Assembly (NCBI GenBank): GCA_903813345.2
Contig: CAIIXF020000001.1
Span: forward strand, 44,826,001 to 44,890,000
DNA: 64,000 nucleotides
Direction: 5' to 3'
Origin: Owenia fusiformis
Lineage: Eukaryota
Position numbers and translations under genes: made by a program. The notes under the pieces are model-generated. The model saw nothing but the letters and a program-made list of their open reading frames with translations, did not search any database and had not been told where the DNA came from. This document shows, piece by piece, positions 13,630 to 24,654 of the stretch. Numbering within the stretch: the stretch's first letter is position 1; every line of letters begins with the position of its first letter.

Positions 13630-14985
13630 AACCAGAAGAACTGCAACGCCAAAGCGTAGCGAATCCCACTGAACAGAAATGGCTGGCATTTTTACAAACG
13701 AAATATATAGCAAATATCATAAAATAACACACATAAGAAAGGCCACCATTTTCAAAATGGTTGCTCACTAGCCAAGTTGTCATCAGAAGTAATATGCTTT
13801 TTTTTCTAGCACTCACAACCAAATATGAAAAAATCGCTCCACTACTTTTCGAGTTATAGTAAAATACTTTAAAATGTTGGCCATTTTTCAAAATGGCCGC
13901 CTTCTACCAAAAGTGTCATTAGACAGTGTGCCATGCTTATAGTATTCACATACCAAATATGAACAAAATCGCTCCACTACTTTTCAAGTCACAGCAAAAA
14001 TTGTAAAATAACAAGTAAAGGCCGAGTAAAATACGTTTAAATGGCGGCCATTTTTCAAAATGGTCACCTTCTACCAAAAGTGTCATTAGACAGTGTACCA
14101 TGCTTATAATATTCACATACCAAATATGAACAAAATCGCTCCACCACTTTTCAAGTTATAGTAAAATACGTTAAAATGGCAGCCATTTTTCAAAATGGCC
14201 ACCTTCTACCAAAAGTGTCATTAGACAGTGTGCCATGCTTATATTATTCACATACCAAATATGAACAAAATCGCTCCACTACTTTTCGAGTTAAAGTAAA
14301 ATACGTTAAAATGGCGGCCATTTTTCAAAATGGCCGCCTTCTACCAAAAGTGTTATTAGACAGTGTGCCATGCTTATAGTATTCACAAACCAAATATGAA
14401 CAAAATCACTCCACTACTTTTTGAGTTATAGTAAAATATGTTAAAATGGTGGCCATTTTTCAAAATGGCCGCCTCCTACCAAAAGTGTCATTAGACAGTG
14501 AGCCATGCTTATAGTATTCACATACCAAATATGAACAAAATCGCTCCACTTCTTCTTGAGTTACAGCAAAAATCGTAAAATAACGAGTAAAGGCCGCCAT
14601 TTTTCAAGATGGCTGCCATGTGCTTCTTTAATATCTACATTTCTAGCTTTATCAATGTCTTATATAATTTTTTTACATTTAAAACATATTGCTATTACAG
14701 TTTTACATATTGCACCTAAATTACAGTAAAATCGGCACTAAAATGGCCACCATTTTTAAATGAGCGGCCATTTTGAAAATCGGCTTTAGAGCAGAACTTC
14801 TACCTCCATAGGGTATATGTGTACAAAATATGAACAAAATCGGGCCAACGGTATTTGAGTTATTGCCCGGACGGACAGACGGACAGACGGACGGACGGAC
14901 GTACGTACAGACGTACGTACGGACGGACAGACGGACGGACGGAGGCGTTCCCTATATCCCTCCGAACTTCGTTCAATGGGATAAT
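13630..14985 (+). mobile_element. Helentron-associated (HINE/DINE-like) element, family I, copy 1 with five core repeats
   Basis: Conserved left box GCAACGCCAAAGCGTAGCGAATCCC, core repeats (CTACC at 13904, then 14071/14206/14341/14476 at a 135-bp period), GGAC/GTAC microsatellite and 3' hairpin TATCCC..CGAACTTCGTTC..TGGGATA; three dispersed copies in the window. Confidence 0.75.
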
Positions 14986-16574
14986 AATTAGATGTTAAAG
15001 ATTAAACCAGGCTTAGTAATTGTAATTGAAGGTCAAATCTATGGTCAGATTTGAACATTTGAGAACTTATAGATGATTTTGAAAAAAGAAATTGGCCAAT
15101 TTGAAGCAAGTTGAAAAAATACCTTTTTTGATCTTTTTTGACTTGAGAGGGTCAGTCAAGGTCAAACATAAATGTAAAGTCAGATTTGAACTTCTGAAAA
15201 CTTTTAGATGATTTTGAAAAAAATTGAAGTCGGTCTAAACAGTATTTGTTAAGTTATTGGAAGTTGTAAGAATTTGTTACAGATGCTGATTTCCAACCGT
15301 CAGCCACCAACCCCTGTCAAAAAATGGAGTATGTCACCACTTTTTGGTGGTGACATAACAAAGCTACAAGTCAATTATTTCACAAAGTAACAACATGATG
15401 CATCAATAGCAGTAGATCCTCTTTTTATAACTATAGATACCATAGTAGTTCAAGTTTGAAATTATGCAAACTTCAAGCTTAGCTCTACAGTTCATTACAG
15501 GGACTAATGATTGTCATTCTCCCTAATCGCAGACAGAGTCAGTCATAATTGCTGATACAGTCAGCTTGAAGTATATGATCCATAATGCACTATATAACAT
15601 AGGATGTAGTTTGAACTACATGTATATACATGTAATCCTCAATGCAGAATACAATCCATGACGTAGTACATTCATAATAATCTCTGTTGTAATCCAGACT
15701 TTAACTCATTATTGATAAAGTAGTTCACTTCATATATTAACAATCCGAGTGGTTATGGTTGATCAGATGCAGCTAGATTCTCACTAAGTTTTATCTGCAG
15801 ATCAAGGTACAACTGTTTCTACATCAGACCGTCCACACCTGGAATAAGGACTATGAGAGATGGCAACAGGGTATTGCTGGTGGGAGTCATAGTTGGTTGT
15901 ATATATCTCATACACCCTGTGCCAAGGCCAGATGGAGCAAGATGTTACGGCAGCATTAAAGTGGAGAACAGTTTACCTGTGACCTTCTCATAACTCTGTA
16001 TCCTGCAATTACAGTATCAAGACACAAATTATGTGTTATTCCAAACATATCAAGTTTTTTTACATGGGATACCCTTTTATCTCCCTATGCAATGATTACT
16101 AAGAAAGTTTATTTTTTACTGTCATTTGAAAATAATCCCCTATTAGAAATCTTATGTATGACCATGGGCTCTATGGTATGACTTATAAAGTTAAAGTTTT
16201 AATTATTGTAGTCATCTAAAAATTCATATGCCCAATGGTATATATTGATATTGTAAAATGTATACTTCTTTAAAATAGTTAATCTCTTTCTCTAGTTGAA
16301 GAAGATTAGAATTTGATAACAGAGGCATTATACAACAGCATTTGTAAACAAGTCAAGGCATTGTTTTGAGAACTATCATTGAAGAAAATATTTTATAATC
16401 CTTAGTCCTTTGAGATATTTAAAGGGTAATATGCAACATGTTAATGCAAACAATTAAGTCAAAGCATTGTTTATAAATGCTATAATGTAAGAATGTATTG
16501 TATAATCATAAGTTCTTTGAAAATTTTAATCTCTTTCTTTTTGTCAAGATGAAATAGATTTTGCTTTGATTGGA

Positions 16575-17975
16575 TTCTTTACTGGGAAAAAGGAAAATCA
16601 AAGTTGAAAAATGTTGTTGTATTACAAGGAAAGAACATTAGAATGTCAAAAATAAAGCCAGCGAATGGTTTTGGGTTAGAGCCCTTTTTTCAGTTTTGAA
16701 CATTTTACATTGAGATCAGATCCCTAAAATTGATTTTTTCTAAGTTACATCTTCTAAATTGAATATTGTTTTTGAAATTCTTTTTATAATACTTTTCTTT
16801 ACTAGGAAAAGGAAAATCAAAGTTGAAAAATGAATTTTTTATTTTTGTTATATTTCACTCCAACTGCATTAGCATTCTATAGGCTACAGAGGCTCACCAA
16901 ACCATCAAATGCAAATAACCGTAAAATGTTGAAATCATGAAATAATTTAGTGATTTTTTTTTCAAATGAGTGCGCCATGTTGTATATTACAAGGAAAGAA
17001 CATTAGAAAGTCAAAAATAAAGCCAGTGAATGATTTTGGGTAAGAGCCATTTTTTCAGTTTTGAATATTTTACATTAAGAGTTCAGTAGGACCAATCCCT
17101 AAAATTGCTTTTCTCTTAGTTACATCTTCCAAATTGAATATTATTTTTGAAATTATCTTTATAATACATTTCTTAACCAAGAAAAGGGAATATATAAGTT
17201 GAATTAAAAATGAATTTTTTATTTTTGTTATATTTCACTCCAACTGCATTAGCATTCTATAGGCTACAGAGGCTCACCAAACCATCAAACGCAAATAACC
17301 GTAAAATGTTGAAATCATGAAATAATTTAGTGATTTTTTTCAAAAGAGTGTGCCATGTTGTATATTACAAGAAAAGAACATTAGAAAGTCAAAAATAAAG
17401 CCAGTGAATGATTTTGGCTAAGAGCCGTTTTTTCAGTTTTGAATATTTTACATTAAGAGTTCAGTAGGACCAATCCCTAAAATTGCTTTTCTCTTAGTTA
17501 CATCTTCCAAATTGAATATTATTTTTGAAATTATCTTTATAATACATTTCTTTACCAGGAAAAAGGAAAATCAAAGTTGAAAAATGAATTTTTTATTTTT
17601 GTTATATTTCACTCCAACTGCACTAAAGCATTCTATAGGCTATAGAGGCTCACCAAACCATCAAACGCAAATAACCATAAAATGTTGAAATCATGGAATA
17701 ATTTAGTGATTTTTTTCTAAAGAGTGGGCCACCTTGTATATTACAAGGAAAGAACATTAGAATGTCCAAAATAAAGCCAGTGAATGATTTTGGGTAAGAG
17801 GCATTTTTTCTGTTTTGAACATTTTACATTGAGTTCAGTAGGACCGATCTCTAAAATTGATTTTATTTAAGTTACATCTTTCAAATTGAATATTGTTTTT
17901 GAAATTCTTTTTATATTACCTTTCTTTACCAGGAAAAAAAGAAATTAAAGTTGAAAAATGATTTTCTTTGTTTTT
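16575..17975. repeat. Tandem repeat, unit about 365-378 bp, about 3.7 copies
   Basis: ATTACAAG(G/A)AAAGAACATTAG recurs at 16621, 16986, 17364 and 17740 with co-linear intervening sequence. Confidence 0.9.
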
Positions 17976-19079
17976 GTTAACTTGCTTAAGCTTGATGACA
18001 TCACAATATTATATTATATCCTACCTCTAGTTATTTTTGAGACTATTGTTGCTTGGTTTAAATGAGTCAACACAAACCACTGTTCATCTTTCTTGTTTTG
18101 TGTTGTGGTGTCCAAAACATTGAATTGCTCTTCTGGCTAAAATAACAGAAAAATCAACATATCTGTTTGAAAGGGTTTTGACCACTGGGTTATACTTTGA
18201 CAATTATAGTAATGATACTTTTAAGTGCATTCTCACAAATTATCATTATACATATTATGTTATATTATTACAAAATAGCTACATGTTATACACAATGACA
18301 CCATGAGGCATATATCAGGATTTACAAGAGCAAAATCCAATCAGACTATAAACTTAATGAAATATTGAGGAATCTGTTCAATCAAATGAAATCCAGTATT
18401 AGAACAATTTACATAGATACTAGAAATTTCTTCTTTTAGGTTATGCCTGGAACTAGTAACAATAATTATTTGAACATTAATATCAAACCTGATGACGATT
18501 CTAGTCTTGGGGAAAGCTTGGGTGGATGGAGGCAAGCTAACACTTTCACACAGCCTTTTACTATTTCAGCATCATTTGGATCGGACTTTGTACAGCACTT
18601 TGATGGCGAGTTGTAATGCTGAAAGTGAACATTGAATGATAAGGATACACAAATACTGAATTATTAAAAAAAATGATGACTTAGAGAATGTAGATCTTAT
18701 CAAGGCACTCATGAATGGACAATCTTGACTTGGAAGTGGTCGTATCTTGGTAGCAAAATGATATATAACAATATTTGAGCTTTAAAGCACTCTCATAACT
18801 GAGATGTTGAGATCGCAGGTGACACACATGTGTATAACGTTGAACTACCCTTTGCATTCGTTTGACCTCACTTCTGAAAAGAAAGCTTCATCTTCACTCT
18901 TTCATTTTACAATAAATCTCACCGAGCCAATCAGAGTTCATCGTCGAAATACGGAAGACTTTCTATATGGTCATTTCCTCTGACATCCCCGCACAGTTAA
19001 TGAGCACGTATTTTGCGTATGTTCCTTCCACTTTGCTGATTGGTTGAGAAAGGATCAGCATGGTAGATTTGAAATTATT

Positions 19080-19914
19080 GGGTTTACGAAAAAGACTGAC
19101 CCCACCGACCACCCACCGGTCGATGTTTTCCACTGGTAGCCTCAAAACAGGGTTTGAAGAAAATGTGTAAAAGACCGACCATATCATGTAAAAGACCGAA
19201 CATATTTGTAGCCTTAAAATATTAATAATTTGATTTTGAATGTCAATCGTTGGGACTAGGCAACGGTTTTTACCGATTTTGTACCTTGCAACGAATGGCA
19301 AGCAAACAAATTGGGCATGACCGTCTCCTCTCAATTAATTGTCCTGCCTTAGGTCCTAACCTATCATTAACCAACCTATCGTTTCTACGGGAATCTATCC
19401 TAATTTTTTACTGAAATTTAACAATTTCGAAACAAAAATGATTTGTTATCGTCATAGCCTACTGAATACTGAACACGATATTACATGCGTTCTCTTATCG
19501 GGATTAAAAGTGACTTGCCATTTCAGTACACCATTAGAAAGCTTTTTTTGTCATATCAAATGTAGTTTTTACCAGTTGACGTTTGACAACTGAGAAATCA
19601 AACATAACGTTACGACGTCAACATCGACGATGTTTGTGTGTTTTTGTTATTGCGTTTCATATGAATGAATTTAATGCAATGTTACGTGCGTTTTTTTCCA
19701 AAGTGACTAAACAGGATGAAATTGGTCTTCTAACTAATCACGACCTAGTAAAGGTACTATAGTCATTGGATTCCCAGTTTTAGTTTTACTTCTAAATGTA
19801 ATTTTGCATTTTTTCATCTTTATGAAAAAGACCGTCAGCCGACCACCGACCACATGTACCCAACTGTGGAGAGTGACCGGTCGGTGGTCGGCGGTCGGTG
19901 TTTTTCGTAAACCC
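19080..19914. mobile_element. Mutator-like MITE nested in the 8.8-kb element
   Basis: TIR GGGTTTACGAAAAA...CCGACC / GGTCGG...TTTTTCGTAAACCC; perfect 9-bp TSD GAAATTATT (19071-19079, 19915-19923). Confidence 0.85.
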
Positions 19915-20674
19915 GAAATTATTTATTACCCGGGCTGTCACAGGCACCAATCTTCGGGGCGGGGTTGCTAAACTGAAGTATACATGTAGTCTATACTAGC
20001 TGAGACTAACATTTATGTTAGTCTCGGATACTAGGCAGAGTGTAGTTTATAACTACACTCTGCGCGCAGGGTAACGGAGACACACTCAAATGCGATTGTA
20101 TGGGGTAACGTTGAACTGACTTGACAGCAGGATCTCTGACTTACATGTACACTGGCTGCCTAGTCTATATCCAATATCAGACTAGAGGATACAGTATTAG
20201 TCTAACTGACCAGGAACTGATATCTGGCTTTTGATAGAGAAAATCTGTAGGATAGGGTCCTGGGTCATCTTTGACAAGACAGTTGAATCTTTAGACTTGT
20301 TGTAAACATCTCATATAAATGATATAACAATGAACACATACAACAACTTTTGGTTTTGTTATTACAAAGACCAGTGTTGGAAATGCTGATAAAAAGTTGA
20401 GAAATTTTTATTTTCCGAAAGCAACATGGCGTCAGAAAAAAATCTCGAAAAAAATACTTTTTTCTCTCTAAAATGTCACAAAACTACTTTTATTCTTACC
20501 TCATCAAGTAAAGTACAACTCCATTCATACTCTAGTACTATTATTTCATTTGACTTATATCAAAGTCTAATCAACCAATATCCAAGCCCCACGCCGCCAC
20601 CTGAAAAGGGACACCTGGAAAGGGGCACCTAGGTGTGGGACACCTAGGTGGTATTTAGTAACACCCCATCGAAG

Positions 20675-20795
20675 TCAATTACCGCGAGATTTCAAACGAG
20701 ATGTAAAAAATCAACAGAAAAGTTTTTGACTAAAAAGTACTATTTTATCAATTTATTGCTCTTCCAGAAGAGTTATAAACGGTTTCACCTTCAAA
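20675..20795 (+). promoter_or_regulatory. Candidate promoter and non-coding first exon of the PAC-like gene
   Basis: CpG-containing CCGCGAGA motif near 20682 followed by a consensus donor GTAAGT at 20796; acceptor ctcattttag at 24644 lies 10 nt before the ATG. Confidence 0.4.
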
Positions 20796-21088
20796 GTAAG
20801 TAGTAAAGAAGTATATGTTTATAACTGCATACATGTTAGTACTTACAAATGTAAACATTCCAGCATATTGTCACAATGAGCTAAATTCATGTCTCAGTTT
20901 CATGTCTCAAACCAAGGACGTCTACTCTGAGGTTGACGTCCTTGCTCAAACTAAGATTTTCGACATCTAAAAAGTCACTAATTAGTGGAAGCATCACATG
21001 TTGATCTCTACAGGAGGTTAATCCAATTTGCTATGGTAATCCATTAAAATTCTAATTTGCCAATTATCACGTTATTACCTGTTTTCAT

Positions 21089-23682
21089 CATAGGAGACAG
21101 GTTACCTGAAAAGGAAGATAGATATCATTATCAAGGACTGAAACTGAGGCAAGTCTACCCTGGCTGAAATCAGCTCTGAAATAACAATTACTGCATGTCA
21201 AGCCATCATTCAATGCTGATTTTGTAGAAAACAGATCTGTCCATCCTTCTACATGTGAGTTTTTCCCATAAAGATGCTTGATTAAGGCGACGCTATATTA
21301 AATAAAAAGTACAAAAAATGACTGCCATATTTTTTTGATAAAGACACATGTTTTTAAAATCTGTTTACCTTGTATATGAATTGTGTATCTTGACTAATGA
21401 AACATGTCAAAGTTAACATCACACAAAAAATGCATTTTTCCAAACTATGAATTGGAGGTGCATGGATCCCCAAAGCTAGCATGAAGAGTGTGAAGTGAGG
21501 CTAATTTTTGAAAGTTTCAAGGGGTAGCCTTGCAACAGTCACACATTTGCAAGAGTCTAAAATTTCCACAAATCATCTTACCTTTCCCAGGAACAACGAA
21601 GGAGCATGAAAATGTGCACTTCTTGCATTGTTAGAGTATAATAAAGCTCAAACCATTGTAAATTCTAAATATTTCATGTCCACATTTTGTTTGCCGGAAC
21701 TACTTCTAGACTTCCTGATTAATCCTCATGCAAGTTTTGTGACTACACCAAGTGGCATGGATTATCACTTGTATGTTTTATCTATTACAGTGTAATTATC
21801 ATGATAGATACATGATAGAGGCTTTATGAATGATAAACAATGGAAACATGAATGAAGATAACTCTGGACTAAAAAATAGTTCCAGGAAACAAAATGGTGG
21901 ACATGAAATATTTAGAATTCACAATGGTTTGAGCTTTATTATACTCTAACAATGCAAGAAGTACACATTTTCGTGCTCCTTCGTTGTTCCTTGGTAAGGT
22001 AAGACTATATCTAGAAATTTTGAATTCTTGCAAATGTGTGTCTGTTGCAAGGCTACTCCTTGAAACTTTCAAAAAATAGCCTCACTTCGCACTCTTCATG
22101 CTAGCTTTTGGGAGCCATACTCCTCCAATTCATAGTTATGAAAAATGCGTTTAAATGTGAGGTTTTCTTTTATGTGTCTCTTTAGTCAGGAAATGCATTC
22201 ACATACAAGGAAAACAGTATACAAAATCTTCTGACTTTATCAAAAAAATATGGCTCCCATGTTTTTGTACTTTTGATTAAATTAAATGTCACCTTAAGTA
22301 GAAATTCATCAAATTATACCCCTAGAATATCAAAGTTCAACTGTACATCAATCGCGTGAGGAAAAAAAACAAATCCATTCTTCACCTTCTGTTCACAAAC
22401 CCTTCTTCTTCTTCTTGGAAAAGTTGTCCCTCATTTGACTAACAGCAAATGTGTATGTTTATGCAGCAATATATGTTAGTTTAGAAAATGATTAATTACA
22501 ATCTTACCTGTAGTTCACAGAAACATCCTAAGTATGAAAATATTTCACTAAAAATACATGCTTCCATTTTGTCACATGTTCATAATAATTTACATATTGA
22601 CCATGTGATGTTGACAGGGAGTGTAAACGCACCTAGCGTACAGGAAATATGTTATGATATTTATTAAGAAATTAGGTATGGTAATCATTATTACTTATTG
22701 TATTAAGCCCCCAACCCACTTCACAAAGTTCATGAAGTACCAAGGAAAGACCAAATATTAAATAAATTAGAAAAATTTGAATTTCCAAAAAAATCAAGTG
22801 GGCGATAATAGAGCCTCTGAAACATGGCAAAAGTGACATATTTTGTAATTTTCAATGCACTCCCGATAATTATCTATCATTGTGTGCTTTCCACACCATA
22901 TCAAACTAATATTATCTAAAAATAATGTATGTAATAAGTTAATGAAGGAAAAATTTAATGTTTCAGAGACTCTATTATCGCCCACTTGATTTTTTGGGAA
23001 ATTCAAATTTTTCTAATTTATTTAGTATTTGGTCTTTCCTTGGTACTTCATGAACTTTGTGAAGTGGGTTGGGGGCTTAATACAATAAGTAATAATGATT
23101 ACCATACCTAATTTCTTAATAAATATCATAACATATTTCCTGTACGCTAGGTGCGTTTACACTCCCTGTCAACATCACATGGTCAATATGTAAATTATTA
23201 TGAACATGTGACAAAATGGAAGCATGTATTTTTAGTGAAATATTTTCATACTTAGGATGTTTCTGTGAACTACAGGTAAGATTGTAATTAATCATTTTCT
23301 AAACTAACATATATTGCTGCATAAACATACACATTTGCTGTTAGTCAAATGAGGGACAACTTTTCCAAGAAGAAGAAGAAGGGTTTGTGAACAGAAGGTG
23401 AAGAATGGATTTGTTTTTTTTCCTCACGCGATTGATGTACAGTTGAACTTTGATATTCTAGGGGTATAATTTGATGAATTTCTACTTAATTAAGCATCTT
23501 TATGGGAAAAACTCACATGTAGAAGGATGGACAGATCTGTTTTCTACAAAATCAGCATTGAATGACGGCTTGACATGCAGTAATTGTTATTTCAGAGCTG
23601 ATTTCAGCCAGGGTAGACTTGCCTCAGTTTCAGTCCTTGATAATGATATCTATCTTCCTTTTCAGGTAACCTGTCTCCTATG
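21089..23682. mobile_element. Foldback (long-TIR) non-autonomous DNA transposon, P- or hAT-like
   Basis: Starts CATAGGAGACAGGTTACC, ends GGTAACCTGTCTCCTATG; about 720-bp near-identical inverted arms; perfect 8-bp TSD GTTTTCAT at 21081-21088 and 23683-23690. Confidence 0.85.
21286..22293. mobile_element. Kolobok-like hairpin MITE nested in the left arm of the foldback element
   Basis: TTAA|GGCGAC...GTCACC|TTAA with long inverted arms; the right arm of the host element shows the empty TTAA site (about 23485-23493). Confidence 0.85.
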
Positions 23683-23726
23683 GTTTTCATACCCAGATAT
23701 CACTGTAGGAGATTGATTCTGTTTAA

Positions 23727-24140
23727 GGACAGGGTGCATGTTGGGAAATTTTCTGCATTCCTCAATTGAGTCACATGTTATTTTTCAAACAAGAATAACT
23801 CCTTCCCCACATTGTCTACATCTTCCAAGTTTGCACAAAGAGTGCACTTATGTGCCTAGAAAAGCCTTGTGAGAAGGTTTGTTTTGTAAAATGTAGAAAA
23901 AATGAGAAAATTCAGTGAAAAAAAATTCTGAAAATTTTCTGATTTTTTTCACTGAATTTTCTTGTTTTTTATACACTTTATCAAAACATTCTTCTCACAA
24001 GTCTTTTCTAGGCACATAAGTGCACTCTTTGTGCAAAACTGGAAGATGTAGACAATGTGGGGAAGGAGTGATTCTTGTTTGAAAAATAACATGTGACTCA
24101 ATTGAGGAATGCAGAAAATTTCCCATCATGCACCCTGACC
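23727..24140. mobile_element. Kolobok-like palindromic MITE
   Basis: TTAA|GGACAGGGTGCATG ... CATGCACCCTGACC|TTAA; almost entirely palindromic. Confidence 0.8.
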
Positions 24141-24654
24141 TTAAATAGTCTAAATATCAATATTGAAATTTATGGAAAATTGACTGTTCCACTTAGTAGG
24201 TTAATCTTTCAATATGGGGTGTTCACTGTTCAAGTTCGGAGGTGTTCCACTTACAGAGGTTCAATTAACATTAAGTCAATCTCATCTGTCTAGTTTGTCC
24301 TCCGAATCATCCTCCATCCATCTTCCGAACACAGGCTTCCAGAACTCTTGTTCGGATGATGAGTTTGTGTTTAATTGTGTTACTTATATCATATCACAGT
24401 ATTTAGTTAAATAGCATTCAAAAAGTAGGTAAGTGATGACCTTCATAAGACCGTAGACCCGTCATGATATATTTCTTTGATGCTAGTAAAATAGCCTATT
24501 CTATGCTTACCTTGTGATTTTTTTTAAATCATTTTATTTAGCCTAGGGTTTACAGTTTACACTATTATATCCCCCAGGGGTCTACATATAAAATTTTGTA
24601 ATTTGCTTGAGTAAAACATTACAACATACCAGTTCTCATTTTAGATAGTGGAGA

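Larger units (their letters stand above)
11898..20666. mobile_element. 8.8-kb TIR DNA transposon with no recognisable transposase and many nested repeats
   Basis: About 45-bp TIRs: GGGTAATACTAAATACCACCTAGGTGTCCCGCACCTAGGTGCCCC at 11898 and its near-perfect reverse complement ending at 20666; direct repeat CATCGAAG at 11890-11897 and 20667-20674. Confidence 0.85.

Noticed and set aside
13870..14600. Regular repeats as a CRISPR array or coding repeat (ORFs 14176, 29484)
   Set aside because: Head-to-tail 135-bp units without unique spacers, in eukaryotic context with no cas genes
21089..23682. Long palindrome as a pure assembly artefact
   Set aside because: An exact 8-bp TSD, arm mismatches and a one-arm MITE insertion favour a real element, although long reads are needed to be sure
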